Shown: positions 38,155 to 48,175 of the stretch, piece after piece
Layout: each line of letters opens with the position of its first letter
Numbering within the stretch: position 1 is the stretch's first letter
Source: Patescibacteria group bacterium
Lineage (GTDB): Bacteria > Patescibacteriota > Minisyncoccia > Phycocordibacterales > Phycocordibacteraceae
DNA length: 49,974 nt
NCBI GenBank assembly: GCA_038064695.1
Contig: JBBTSO010000003.1
Span: forward strand, 1 to 49,974
Reading direction: 5' to 3'
Notes under the pieces: model-generated
The model's input: only the letters and a program-made list of their open reading frames with translations
What the model was told of the DNA's origin: nothing
Database searches by the model: none
Program-made: the position numbers and the translations under genes

Positions 38155-39437
38155 AGAAGTCGTTCAGCTACTTTGTAAATATCTCCCGCCCCCATAGTAA
38201 TGAGCACGGTGTCAGGCTGATCAAATTTTTTAAGAAGTACAAAAGTATCTTCAAGCGAGAGCGCTGCCACTGCTTTTCGCTCCTCTTTCTGTATGCGTTG
38301 CACTAACGCTTCACTGGTCACTCCAGGAATTGGTTCTTCACGCGCGGCATAAATAGGCGCCACAATAACCGCGTCCGCCGCACCGAAGGCGTGTGAGAAT
38401 TCTTCCATCAAATCGCGCGTTCGTGAGTAGAGGTGGGGATGAAATGCCACGATAATTTTTTTCGTGGGAAATTTTTCCCGCATTGCTTCAAGAGTTGTTT
38501 TCACCTCAGTCGGGTGGTGCGCGTAGTCGTCGTATACCTCTGCCCCACCAGGCGCTACTCCCTTATACTCAAAGCGTCTCCACGTTCCCTTAAACTGCGA
38601 AAGCGAAACATCGAGTGCGGCTTCAGGAAAATCTTTATATGCCAACGCCGTCGCTTTCGCCGCGCGAGCATTGTACGCGTTAAACTCTCCAAGGAGATTC
38701 AGACGCGGTACCGAAAGTGTGCTGTAGTCAACCACACGGCACGGTGAGTGTGAGGCGAGCCATGCTCCCATCGGTGTTTTCATGTTTACCACCAATGTTC
38801 CGTTTTCAGGAAGTCGCTGTACCGCGGTTTTAAATGTTTCTTTCAGTTGTTCAAATGTTTTGAAATAATCAGTATGATCCCACTCAACGTTGGTCACCAC
38901 CAACATTTGTGGAGAAAGTTTTAAGAGGTGATCTTTATATTCACACGCCTCAACCACCAACGGCCCGGAAGGTTCTCCTTGAAGAAAGTTACTCCCGAAG
39001 TCGGTAACTATGCTTCCCACTATTACGGTAGGGTTTACTCCTTGATCCTGAAGCATTTTCCCTACCAAAGCGGTGGTAGTCGTTTTCCCGTGGCTCCCCG
39101 CAACCGCAATGGTAAAAAAATCTCGAGAGACGTCACCGAGCGCTTCAAAGTAGGACTGTTCAGGAATACCCCGTTCGCGCAATAAAGCGCGCTCAGCGTT
39201 ATCAAATGGTACTGCGTCCGAGTACACCACCAAGTCAACGCGCGGTGGAATATTATTCGCGCACTGTCCTACATAGACGCTGATTCCTTTTTCAGATAAC
39301 AATTTTGTGGTGACAGAAGGTTCACGGTCGCACCCTGATACGGCCACCCCGCGCACGTGATAGAGCTGTGCCAAGGCACTCATGCCAATTCCCCCCATAC
39401 CTATAAAATAGACTGACTGTCCTTTTTGTACGTTCAT
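38151..39437 (-). CDS. murC: UDP-N-acetylmuramate--L-alanine ligase
   Basis: IGMGGIGMSALA, GSHGKTTTT, DDYAHHPTE, PHLYSRT, MGAGDI. Confidence 0.96.
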   Translation of the reverse strand: MNVQKGQSVYFIGMGGIGMSALAQLYHVRGVAVSGCDREPSVTTKLLSEKGISVYVGQCANNIPPRVDLVVYSDAVPFDNAERALLRERGIPEQSYFEALGDVSRDFFTIAVAGSHGKTTTTALVGKMLQDQGVNPTVIVGSIVTDFGSNFLQGEPSGPLVVEACEYKDHLLKLSPQMLVVTNVEWDHTDYFKTFEQLKETFKTAVQRLPENGTLVVNMKTPMGAWLASHSPCRVVDYSTLSVPRLNLLGEFNAYNARAAKATALAYKDFPEAALDVSLSQFKGTWRRFEYKGVAPGGAEVYDDYAHHPTEVKTTLEAMREKFPTKKIIVAFHPHLYSRTRDLMEEFSHAFGAADAVIVAPIYAAREEPIPGVTSEALVQRIQKEERKAVAALSLEDTFVLLKKFDQPDTVLITMGAGDIYKVAERLL

Positions 39438-39447
39438 AGTTAAAAGT

Positions 39448-40209
39448 TCAGTCTACCACCGTGACGTGATACTCGTCATTCGGAAAAAAATCAGCGAGAA
39501 ATTCACGGAACACCAGTGAGTCTTTACTTAAGAGGAATGTCATTGACCCATCTCCCACTTCCTGTGGCCACCACCACTTTTTAACACGCCGCGCTACAGC
39601 AACGGCAGGGTCGTAGAGCACAACGGAGGGCGGTAAACATTCTTGAAATTGTTTTATAGCGAGTGGATAGTGAGTGCATGCGAGGATTACAGTTGTAATG
39701 TCATGTATAGAGACCCCTTCTAAAGAACGTCTAATTATTTCCTTTATTTCACTGTGTGACGTCCCGCTTTCAATTGCCCCTGCTAAGAGCGGAATGGCGA
39801 GTGATTGTATTTCTTCTCCAATCATTCGGAAACCGTTCTGGTACATTTCAGAGTGAATTGTTGCTTCAGTGGCACACAGTAAAATTTTTTTATTGCTTCC
39901 ACGAAACGCTGACACCGTAGGACCGACCATTTCAACGAGAGCATTCGGGGTTTCAAATAATGTGTCGTAAAGAGATACTACGAGGGATGCCGAAACACTG
40001 TTGCATGCACTCACCACCCGTGAAGCACCGAACGTCTGGAGGCGTTCAATCGCGGAGAGGGTGAGTAACGTGAGCTCTCCTCTCGATTTAGAGCCATAGG
40101 GAGCATGCGCAAGGTCAGCAAAGTAGACTATATTGGCAGAGGGCATTTCCTTGCGGATAGCACGGAGTACGGTAAGCCCACCAGATCCGGAGTCAAAGAT
40201 TCCTATCAT
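39448..40209 (-). CDS. murI: Glutamate racemase
   Basis: IGIFDSGSGGLTV, PYG, ACNS, LACTHYP. Confidence 0.93.
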   Translation of the reverse strand: MIGIFDSGSGGLTVLRAIRKEMPSANIVYFADLAHAPYGSKSRGELTLLTLSAIERLQTFGASRVVSACNSVSASLVVSLYDTLFETPNALVEMVGPTVSAFRGSNKKILLCATEATIHSEMYQNGFRMIGEEIQSLAIPLLAGAIESGTSHSEIKEIIRRSLEGVSIHDITTVILACTHYPLAIKQFQECLPPSVVLYDPAVAVARRVKKWWWPQEVGDGSMTFLLSKDSLVFREFLADFFPNDEYHVTVVD

Positions 40210-41506
40210 TTTTTTCGTGTATCAATGACACAAATTGATCATTGCGGTCATATTCATTTTTAAACATTCCAAATGACGCGTGCGCAGGGCTAAAGAGAAT
40301 ACTCTCGCCCTGATTGGCGCGCGAAAACGCTTCATGAACCGCGCTCGTTAAGATGTCATGTGGGGAGACGTTTGGGAAAAAAGAACGGATGCGCTCGGTT
40401 CCTGTCCCCGCAAGTAACACGACCCGAGCGCCGCGCTCATGTATTTTTTCTATAAGTGCATCCATTGAAAGTGTTTTATCAGCCCCACCAAAAATAAGTA
40501 CGAGATTGCCGGGAATAGCATCAAGCGCCGCGAGTGTTGCCTCAGGCGTCGTTGAAGTGCTGTCGTTATAAACTGAAATGCCGTGAACCACTCCTAAAAA
40601 TTCTAATCTTCCAGGCACTCCTTTAAAATCAGCGAGCGCGCTTTGTATAGTTTCCTCATCAATATCAAGTGAACGCGCCGCGCACGCAGCAAGACGCGCG
40701 TTGTACTGATTGTGCGCTCCCAAAATACGCAGTGGGAACGTTTCGCCTTGAGAACATTCACGAGGTAAAACAGGTGGCGTAAACATTTTGAGCACGCGCG
40801 CCGACGCTTGTTCGCCGAGTATAAATGAATCACCTTCTTTTTGGTGCAAAAAAATATGCGCCTTGTCGGCAAGATATGCTTGTTCATCGTGGTGGTAGTA
40901 GTTGAGGTGGTCTTTCATGAAGGTGGTAAAAACTGCAACGCGTGGACTCATCTTCATATCGCCCCATCCCTGCAATTGCCACGAATCAAGTTCAAGAAGT
41001 GCCACAGAGTCATCGGTCACTTTGTCCAACAAGGCGAGCGTTGAGACACCGCGAATATTCCCGCCGAGGAGCACAATCATACCGGCGCGCGTCATAATGT
41101 CGTAGAGCATATAGGTCACGGTGCTTTTCCCCCGCGTTCCGGTTACTCCCACCGTTCGTATACCCGAGAGTTCTACAAACCACGAAGCGCTCATTTTTAT
41201 GGGAATACTATTCTTTCGTGCTTCTTCTATAAAGGGAGACCCAAGCGGGACGCCAGCCGCTTTTAATACAAAATCAGTATGACGAAAGTCAGCGAGGTCG
41301 TGTCCGCCAAGGTGGTAGGTGATGTTAGAAAATGCCTGTAGCGCTGCGAGTGAGGGAGCAAGATCACTTTCTGATTTAAGGTCAGTCACGGTAAGAATAG
41401 CTCCGTGGCGAGCCAAAAACGCAATGTCTCCTACCCCACGCCCCAAGAGGCCCAAACCCATAACGGTGATTTTCTTTCCTTTAAAATATTCGTCCCATCT
41501 CTCCAT
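40193..41506 (-). CDS. murD: UDP-N-acetylmuramoyl-L-alanine--D-glutamate ligase
   Basis: GVTGTRGKST, LELDSWQL, DHLNY, NDSTST, FSPAHASFGMFKN. Confidence 0.95.
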   Translation of the reverse strand: MERWDEYFKGKKITVMGLGLLGRGVGDIAFLARHGAILTVTDLKSESDLAPSLAALQAFSNITYHLGGHDLADFRHTDFVLKAAGVPLGSPFIEEARKNSIPIKMSASWFVELSGIRTVGVTGTRGKSTVTYMLYDIMTRAGMIVLLGGNIRGVSTLALLDKVTDDSVALLELDSWQLQGWGDMKMSPRVAVFTTFMKDHLNYYHHDEQAYLADKAHIFLHQKEGDSFILGEQASARVLKMFTPPVLPRECSQGETFPLRILGAHNQYNARLAACAARSLDIDEETIQSALADFKGVPGRLEFLGVVHGISVYNDSTSTTPEATLAALDAIPGNLVLIFGGADKTLSMDALIEKIHERGARVVLLAGTGTERIRSFFPNVSPHDILTSAVHEAFSRANQGESILFSPAHASFGMFKNEYDRNDQFVSLIHEKNDRNL

Positions 41507-41594
41507 AGAGCCATTCTAGACTGAAGAAACAAAAAGGGCTAACACGCGCGACGGGTAGGTTTACACGACACCTTCCTGACTTTATACTAATACT

Positions 41595-42407
41595 ATGAAT
41601 GAAAAAAGCGTTGCGATTATTGGCTACGGATACGTAGGAAAAGCAATTGAGGCATACTTTAAAGACGAGTATCGCATTGTGCTCTACGATCCGTTCTTGG
41701 GATACATGGACAAAGAGCCCGTGAACGAAGCTGACCTTGCGGTGGTGTGCGTCCCTACTCCTATGCAAGAAGACGGGAGCGTTGACCTTTCCGCGATAGA
41801 GGAAACATTTGCGTGGCTAAAGACACCTCTCATTCTTATTAAGAGCACCGTACCGCCGGGAACCACCGAGGCATTGGCTAAAAAGTACGACCTCGTGGAG
41901 AGACTCGTCTTTTCTCCTGAATACATCGGCGAAGGCAACTACCCCGTTCCTTTCTGGAAAGACATTCCTGACACTACCAACATGAAGCGCCACAGCTTCT
42001 TTATTTTTGGAGGAAACAAAAAAGCAACCGCGCCCGTAATGGAGTTCTTCAAACGAGTGTCCGGAGCACACACGCGATTTATGTACACCGACAGCACCAC
42101 CGCTGAAATGGTGAAGTACATGAATAACTCGTGGCTCGCGACCAAAGTAACGTTCGTCAACGAGTTCTACGAAATTGCTGAAAAATTTGACGTGGACTAC
42201 AACGCGCTTCGTGAACTCTTTCTTTTAGACGGTCGCGTGGGAGCATCGCACACGCTGGTGTATACCGACAAACGCGGGTTTGGTGGAAAATGTTTACCTA
42301 AAGACGTGAACGGCATCGTGAAAGCGTCTGAGTCTAAAGGGTACACGGCACAATTCCTTAAACAAGTACTGGAGAGCAATAAAAAATTCCGCGAAGGAAA
42401 AAAATAA
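41595..42407 (+). CDS. Short UDP-glucose/GDP-mannose dehydrogenase family protein
   Basis: GYGYVG, CVPTP, KSTVPPG, SPE, AEMVKY, GFGGKCLPKD; no C-terminal domain. Confidence 0.88.
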   Translation: MNEKSVAIIGYGYVGKAIEAYFKDEYRIVLYDPFLGYMDKEPVNEADLAVVCVPTPMQEDGSVDLSAIEETFAWLKTPLILIKSTVPPGTTEALAKKYDLVERLVFSPEYIGEGNYPVPFWKDIPDTTNMKRHSFFIFGGNKKATAPVMEFFKRVSGAHTRFMYTDSTTAEMVKYMNNSWLATKVTFVNEFYEIAEKFDVDYNALRELFLLDGRVGASHTLVYTDKRGFGGKCLPKDVNGIVKASESKGYTAQFLKQVLESNKKFREGKK

Positions 42408-42433
42408 AAACCACACCGTTCGTGTGTTTTTTC
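42406..42433. terminator. Possible bidirectional terminator between convergent genes
   Basis: AAAAACCACAC-CGTTC-GTGTGTTTTTT. Confidence 0.45.
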
Positions 42434-42438
42434 TGGTA

Positions 42439-43395
42439 TTAGGCAGTTTCAAAAAGAGCGCTCAGAGACTCGTTTTTTTCGATACGTAGTATTGCTTCTC
42501 CGAGCAACTCTCCGACTGAAATAACTTCAACTTTTTCTGAAACTGGTTGCTTCAACGTGAGCGTATCAGTAATGAACACCTTTTTAAGTGGCGACTGATC
42601 AATAACACCACACGCAGAGGTGGAAAACACTCCATGAGTTCCCGCGGCATACACCTCTTTCGCTCCGTGTTCAATCAAAAGATCCACCGCACGGCTGAGA
42701 GTGCCGCACGTATCAAAAATGTCATCAATGATGAGCGCGGTTTTTCCTTTTACGTCACCAATCAATTTCATTTGAGCAACTTGGTTTGGAACTTTGCGCT
42801 CTTTGTGAAGAATCGCCAACTCAGCGTTGGGCATTAACCGACGCGCGTAGGACTGCGCGCGCTTTACTCCGCCAGCATCTGGCGACACTAACACCAGCGT
42901 ATCTTCCTTAATTTGCTGTTTAAAAAATTCTTGTAAACGCTCAATGAACACGGGCCGCGCGTAGAGGTTTTCAAGCATGGTGGAGCGGAAAAAACCCGCG
43001 ATAGAATCTTCGTGCAAATCCATCGTAATAACTCTATCGGCGCCGAGCGCTTCAATAATGTTCGCCATCGTGCGAGCAGAAATAGGTTCGCGGGGCTTCC
43101 CCTTCTTAGATTGTCGTCCGTAGCTGTAGTATGGAATCACCACGGTAACTTCGCGGGCGGACGAACCGCGTGCTGCGTCAAGCGCCAAAAAGATAGTCAT
43201 CCAGTTCTCAGCGGGACCGTTCGTTGACTGCACCAAATACACGTTTCTACCACGCAAGTTTTCATTAAACTGCACGTACTGTTCCCCATCGGCAAATGCG
43301 CGCAACGTGATAGGAGAAAGTGACGTGCCGACCGTTTTTGCAATTCTCTCTGCGAGCGCGTCATTGGTACCGAGTGAAAAAATAAGTGGTTTCAT
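42439..43395 (-). CDS. prs: Ribose-phosphate pyrophosphokinase
   Basis: FADGE, PYYSYGRQ, MDLH, VSPDAGG, IIDDIFDTCGT. Confidence 0.96.
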   Translation of the reverse strand: MKPLIFSLGTNDALAERIAKTVGTSLSPITLRAFADGEQYVQFNENLRGRNVYLVQSTNGPAENWMTIFLALDAARGSSAREVTVVIPYYSYGRQSKKGKPREPISARTMANIIEALGADRVITMDLHEDSIAGFFRSTMLENLYARPVFIERLQEFFKQQIKEDTLVLVSPDAGGVKRAQSYARRLMPNAELAILHKERKVPNQVAQMKLIGDVKGKTALIIDDIFDTCGTLSRAVDLLIEHGAKEVYAAGTHGVFSTSACGVIDQSPLKKVFITDTLTLKQPVSEKVEVISVGELLGEAILRIEKNESLSALFETA

Positions 43396-43422
43396 GCCCC
43401 TCAGTATAAACCGTTTTAATAC

Positions 43423-44160
43423 TTATGCTAGCGGTGCCGGTAATCTGACAATGGTCGCTATACGTCCTTCAGGTTCTCCCGAGGTTCTACTGCGCACGTG
43501 CGAATAGTAGGCAGTGTCACTCCCCGTATCAATAGCACTCACCTCAATGTGAGACGGAAGGACACCTGACTCAGTCAACACGTGCGTGTTACACGCAAAC
43601 AAATCAACGGCGTACTGGCGACCTCGCTCTTCAATAAAAGGGCGCCACCGCGGATCGTTTTTTTGCGCCAAGTCAGGAAACACGTATGAATCTTTTTTAA
43701 TTCCAGGACCTAGGTACGCGTACAAATTCTCTGGGTTAACATTGTACGTTTCTTTCATAAACGCGATGACTTTTTGACCAAGGAGGAGAACGGTAGGTTT
43801 CCACCCCGCGTGGAGGAGTGCCACTGCGCGTGTGTGGGGGTCATAAAGCACTACCGGCACGCAGTCAGCAGTTAAAAGCATCAGTGTCACGCGAGCATCT
43901 TTTGTTATAAGTGCCTCTCCAAGAATGGCGTCGTCGGGGCGAAACGCTCCGTGACCACCCTCACTGCCACCCACCACACGGATAGAATCTCCATGGTTTA
44001 CTTTCATTACCACCACATTCCCGAGCGCCACACCAAATCGTTTCAAAAACTGTTCTCGGTTTTTTGTAACTGCCTCGTGGTTTCCAAAACGAAAGTCCAT
44101 ATTTCCGTCAGCAGCCGTAGAGGTAGTACAGAGGACGCCGTGTTGTTCTAAATTATTCAT
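43423..44160 (-). CDS. pgeF: YfiH/PgeF (laccase-domain) family protein
   Basis: VNHG, TADCVPV, HAGWK, LGPGI, YYSHVR. Confidence 0.88.
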   Translation of the reverse strand: MNNLEQHGVLCTTSTAADGNMDFRFGNHEAVTKNREQFLKRFGVALGNVVVMKVNHGDSIRVVGGSEGGHGAFRPDDAILGEALITKDARVTLMLLTADCVPVVLYDPHTRAVALLHAGWKPTVLLLGQKVIAFMKETYNVNPENLYAYLGPGIKKDSYVFPDLAQKNDPRWRPFIEERGRQYAVDLFACNTHVLTESGVLPSHIEVSAIDTGSDTAYYSHVRSRTSGEPEGRIATIVRLPAPLA

Positions 44161-45535
44161 ATCGTTTTGCCTGTGCATACACCTCGCGCGCGCGATGATA
44201 CGTCTCACGGCACGAAACGATGGGGCGCGCGTACTCAGGCGCGAGCACTGAAAAGTCCCGCTCTTTTCCGTCGGTTAAAAGCGCGGAATCAACGGTGCCT
44301 AACTCAGGCACCCACCGTTTTATGTAACACGCGTCGGGGTCGTACTTTTGCGCCTGGGTGTACGGGTTAAAAATCCGAAGGGGTCGGGGGTCGGCACCGA
44401 CTGAAGCCGACCACTGCCACCCCCCATTGTTTGACGCGGGGTCGTAATCAACGAGGCGGGAAGCAAAATATTTCTCTCCCCACCGCCAATCAATGAGCAA
44501 ATTTTTGGTTAAAAACGAGGCCACAATCATGCGCGCGCGGTTATGCATCCACCCTGTTTTATTCATTTGTCTCATCCCCGCGTCAACTACGGGCACGCCC
44601 GTTCTCCCCTCTTTCCATGCCTGAAACTGTATTTCATCATTCACCCACGCCAGGTGTTCCGCCCACGGTAAAAACGATTTTGTAAACACAAAAGGGAAGT
44701 GATACGCGATGTGGAAGTAAAAGTCTCTCCAGTACAACTCGGCAATAAACTGCGCGGTGTCAAAGTGGTGTCGCTTCATAGCGTGGTGCGTTTCGCGAAT
44801 AGAAACTGTTCCGTATTTATGGTGGGGCGAGAGCTGAGACGTTCCGTACTCTGCGAGCAAGTCACGGCTCACCGCGTAGTTTCTCAAATTCGCGAGTCCT
44901 TCAAGCGCGCGGAGTCCCGCGCTCCTTCCGGGAGGAAGTGTTAGTTTTTTATTCAAAAACGTCTGGTGGTCCTGCAATTCACTGTGCGCCGTTTTTATTT
45001 TTCCACTAAAAAAATTGGTGGCGATGTTTTTTATTGGCTCGTGAACTTCAAAAGAAGATGCTTTTTTAAAAAAGGGAGTAAACACTGAGTATGGTTTTCC
45101 TGAGTCAGTTTTTATATCAATAACGGGCGAAAGCGTGTAGTCGTCACATAAAACGGTGGACACTCCTCCCTTCGTTGCGCGTTTCTGTATTGCTTCGTCA
45201 CGAGCTCTGGCAAACGGCGTGTAATCACGATTTAAAAACACCGCGTCAATTCCATCGTCTTCAATAAGTGAAGCCACTACCTGGTGCGACTCGCCAGAAA
45301 AAAAGAAAAGTTTTCCTCCTTGATCTGCTATTTCTTTTTCTAGTTCAGCAAGCGACTGCGCTAAAAACGCAAACCCCTGTTCACTGAAGTACTCGTTTTT
45401 AGTGGTATCTGTTTGACGGGGATCAAAAACAAATCCTAGGACAACTGTTTCTGCGCTCGTACACGCTTCTCTGAGCGCGGTGTTGTCATCAAGTCTCAGG
45501 TCGCGTCTAAAAAGAAACAACGCTTTTTTATACAT
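44153..45535 (-). CDS. phrB: Deoxyribodipyrimidine photolyase
   Basis: FRRDLRLDDN, TSQLSP, ELYWRDF, GWMHNRARM, DYDPASNNGGWQW, RIFNP. Confidence 0.95.
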   Translation of the reverse strand: MYKKALFLFRRDLRLDDNTALREACTSAETVVLGFVFDPRQTDTTKNEYFSEQGFAFLAQSLAELEKEIADQGGKLFFFSGESHQVVASLIEDDGIDAVFLNRDYTPFARARDEAIQKRATKGGVSTVLCDDYTLSPVIDIKTDSGKPYSVFTPFFKKASSFEVHEPIKNIATNFFSGKIKTAHSELQDHQTFLNKKLTLPPGRSAGLRALEGLANLRNYAVSRDLLAEYGTSQLSPHHKYGTVSIRETHHAMKRHHFDTAQFIAELYWRDFYFHIAYHFPFVFTKSFLPWAEHLAWVNDEIQFQAWKEGRTGVPVVDAGMRQMNKTGWMHNRARMIVASFLTKNLLIDWRWGEKYFASRLVDYDPASNNGGWQWSASVGADPRPLRIFNPYTQAQKYDPDACYIKRWVPELGTVDSALLTDGKERDFSVLAPEYARPIVSCRETYHRAREVYAQAKRYE

Positions 45536-45588
45536 CTCCTTTACAGTATACGTGTCAAAAAAAATGCGCCCCGTGGTACATTTCGTGC

Positions 45589-46164
45589 ATGGAGTACCGA
45601 GACGTGTTAGGGGTTGTCACCGTCATACTTGCTTTTGCGGTGTACGTTCCGTACTACATCACTATTTTCCAAGGAAAAACAAAACCGCACCTCTACACGT
45701 ATTTAATTGGCGGTATCGTCTCACTGGTGGCGTTTGCGGGAGCACTCACCTCAGGCGCTGGCGCGGGAGCATGGAACATTGGCGCGTCAGCGCTGTTGGT
45801 TGGTGGCGTGCTCATTCTCTCATTTCGTTATGGAACCAAAGACATACAACCAGTGGACACGCTCCTCGCCGTTGGCGCAGGGCTCACTATAATTCCATGG
45901 ATACTAACCGACGACCCCACGCTCTCAGTGGTGCTCGCGTCACTCATTGACTCTGCTTCTATGATTCCCACGATGCGAAAAACGTGGCACGACCCACACT
46001 CAGAGCCATACCTCGTGTGGGGGTTAAATGCCGTCAAACACACGCTCGCCATCGCCGCGGTGAGTACGGTTTCGGTTGCAACGGTTTTCTACGCCTCTTC
46101 AATGGTAGTTATGAACGGTTCTCTCGCCGCGATGACGTTTTTAAGACAGAAGGCTCAAAACTAA
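45589..46164 (+). CDS. Hypothetical polytopic membrane protein (PQ-loop-like)
   Basis: PYY..IFQGKTKPH and IPTMRKTWHDPHSE internal repeat; 6-7 TMs. Confidence 0.7.
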   Translation: MEYRDVLGVVTVILAFAVYVPYYITIFQGKTKPHLYTYLIGGIVSLVAFAGALTSGAGAGAWNIGASALLVGGVLILSFRYGTKDIQPVDTLLAVGAGLTIIPWILTDDPTLSVVLASLIDSASMIPTMRKTWHDPHSEPYLVWGLNAVKHTLAIAAVSTVSVATVFYASSMVVMNGSLAAMTFLRQKAQN

Positions 46165-46373
46165 CTAGCGGTTGATCTTTTACTATCCATCCACATGCCA
46201 AACGCATACGCTAGAATAAAAAACGCTGTAAAAGAAGCGTCATCTGTACCAAACTCCCAATCACCGAGGGTAAAGAGTAAATCTTCCTCCCCATTTTCAT
46301 CAAATCTTTTTGGGAAAGACCAATAAGCAAGAGTCCCTACAGCCCCAGAAACAATAAAATTTTTATCTATCAT
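46161..46373 (-). CDS. Small membrane protein (70 aa)
   Basis: ORF track; TTGACT-16-TAAATT upstream; similar to 46414..46593. Confidence 0.65.
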   Translation of the reverse strand: MIDKNFIVSGAVGTLAYWSFPKRFDENGEEDLLFTLGDWEFGTDDASFTAFFILAYAFGMWMDSKRSTAS

Positions 46374-46413
46374 ATTCTTTCAATTTAATACTTTTAGTAA
46401 AAAAGTCAAACGA

Positions 46414-46593
46414 CTAAGAACTTCTCTCGCGGTTATCAAGGAGTGAAAGCCCTATTAGGGTGAATAAAAAAACACTCACTCCTGTAATATCATCTGCTCC
46501 AATTTCATAAAAAATAGGGGTATGGTCTTCAGCTTTAATACGGCCAATCACTCCTGCAATTGCTGACACACCAGGTTTAAAAAGACGATCCAT
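46414..46593 (-). CDS. Small membrane protein (59 aa, below ORF track cutoff)
   Basis: MDRLFKPGVSAIAGVIGRIKAEDHTPIFYEIGADDITGVSVFLFTLIGLSLLDNRERSS*. Confidence 0.6.
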   Translation of the reverse strand: MDRLFKPGVSAIAGVIGRIKAEDHTPIFYEIGADDITGVSVFLFTLIGLSLLDNRERSS

Positions 46594-46641
46594 ACAAATA
46601 CATTAAATTTTTACTATTGTACGTTATCTATTCAAAAATTT

Positions 46642-47289
46642 CTACCAATAATAATTCTGTGCTTCAACGCGACGCTCGGGTGGTAACAATACACCGTCAA
46701 CTACATACACGATGCCGTTTTCTACGTGGTAAATAGCAACTACGTGCGCATTCCCTACTGAGCCCCCATCATCATGAAGTTCAAAGTTAAGCGCGTCGCG
46801 AGAAATTGCCGTCACCACTCCCGCTTTCTGTCCGCCAACGGCTACCATTTTTTGTGGCACGAGGTGGTATGTAACAAAACGAGAGAGTTCTTCCGCATCC
46901 ATAGTGTTTACGTCCGCCTGGAGGTGGTACGGAAGTTTGGCGAATGCCTCGTTGGTCGGAACAAAAAGTGTGTAGAGTGTTGGCTCCACTAAAAACGAAG
47001 CGCCGTTGGCTTTTTTAAACAACGCGGCAAACCGTGAAGCGTTTGGAAGTGTGTTGAGCGTAGAAACGATGGTTTCGCCTGTCAATGCTTCGTTTTTGAT
47101 GCTCACGCCCGCTACCTGCGGAACTCCTTTTGCCGATGCGGCAACCTGCGTGCCAGAGGAGTATGGGTATCCGTAGTTAGTGGGAAATACTGAAGAAACC
47201 CGGCTCAAAGAGTGGGTAATTCCAGAAAGGGCGAGTGAGCCAAGAAAGAAAACCGCCACGAGCGCTGCTGCTATTCCTACAAATTGCAT
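46642..47289 (-). CDS. Fasciclin (FAS1) domain protein
   Basis: YTLFVPTNEAFAKL, YHLV, NGIVYVVDGVLLP; N-terminal signal/TM. Confidence 0.92.
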   Translation of the reverse strand: MQFVGIAAALVAVFFLGSLALSGITHSLSRVSSVFPTNYGYPYSSGTQVAASAKGVPQVAGVSIKNEALTGETIVSTLNTLPNASRFAALFKKANGASFLVEPTLYTLFVPTNEAFAKLPYHLQADVNTMDAEELSRFVTYHLVPQKMVAVGGQKAGVVTAISRDALNFELHDDGGSVGNAHVVAIYHVENGIVYVVDGVLLPPERRVEAQNYYW

Positions 47290-47362
47290 ATAACTTGTAT
47301 TATATCATAGTATACAAAAAATGCAAGTTTTACAAACTCTTCTCTCTATCTCAGTAAGAATG

Positions 47363-47587
47363 TTATCTGTTACGGTAAAGAAGAAACGGTAAAAGCAAGG
47401 TAACGAAAAATGCGAGCTCCGCCGGGTCAAAATGTGAATCAAACAAACTTTGATTGTCAGGATGAACCCCAAATAAAGGTTGCTTTATGTAACCACCACT
47501 AAGGAGCACCCTTTCGGTTTCTCGTGCAATGAAAGCTGAACCGGTACCTGTAATTGCTCCCCCAACAAGTTTTTCAATCGTGTTCAT
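47363..47587 (-). CDS. Small membrane protein (74 aa)
   Basis: MNTIEKLVGGAITG...DSHFD...FFVTLLLPFLLYRNR. Confidence 0.6.
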   Translation of the reverse strand: MNTIEKLVGGAITGTGSAFIARETERVLLSGGYIKQPLFGVHPDNQSLFDSHFDPAELAFFVTLLLPFLLYRNR

Positions 47588-47801
47588 GTAGGGTATGGTA
47601 CAAGAGAAATTTTCAAAATACAATGGAACAGAAAATATTTTTTATTTTCGAGCGAACGCAGAAAGCAAATTTATTTACGGGAACAGTGTGGGTTTTGTGT
47701 TCACTTCGCTACTCGCTCGTTCACATACTCAACCGCCTTCGAATCCTAGACACAAGGTATGCAGATACCTTGTTAGCCAGCACTAAAAACGAAGTTTTTA
47801 G

Positions 47802-47874
47802 TGCGTGCTCTAGGATTCGAACCTAGGACCGCTCGAGTATCAGTCGAGTGCTCTACCAGCTGAGCTAAGCACGC
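47802..47874 (-). tRNA. tRNA-Ile (GAT), CCA not encoded
   Basis: GCGTGCT/AGCACGC acceptor stem, TAGCTCAGCTGGTAGAGC D-arm, CTCGA-CTGATAC-TCGAG anticodon arm, CTAGG-TTCGAAT-CCTAG T-arm. Confidence 0.95.
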
Positions 47875-47953
47875 ATATTTTCTATTACCTCCCCCCTTCT
47901 CAAGGTACGCAAGTCAAGAAATACTAGCAAAATTAAGGTTTAAAAACAACGAG

Positions 47954-48124
47954 CTAAGAATGTTTGCGAAGTATCCCCCATAACCCCACCACAAAAAACA
48001 CCGCGCCTATTCCTGAAGTCACTAAACCAAAAGTGTCATCGTCAAAATAAGAGTCACGTATGGATTTTGCCCCGGCAAACATTCCGAGCATACCTACTCC
48101 TGTATATAATTTTTCATGCCCCAT
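47954..48124 (-). CDS. Small membrane protein (56 aa, below ORF track cutoff)
   Basis: MGHEKLYTGVGMLGMFAGAKSIRDSYFDDDTFGLVTSGIGAVFFVVGLWGILRKHS*. Confidence 0.6.
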   Translation of the reverse strand: MGHEKLYTGVGMLGMFAGAKSIRDSYFDDDTFGLVTSGIGAVFFVVGLWGILRKHS

Positions 48125-48175
48125 AAATTTTCAGTATCGTAACAGACAAACTTCTGATATACAAAAAAACAACTT

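Noticed and set aside
47554-47826. Plus-strand ORFs over the tRNA trailer
   Set aside because: They overlap the tRNA and hairpins and have no coding features
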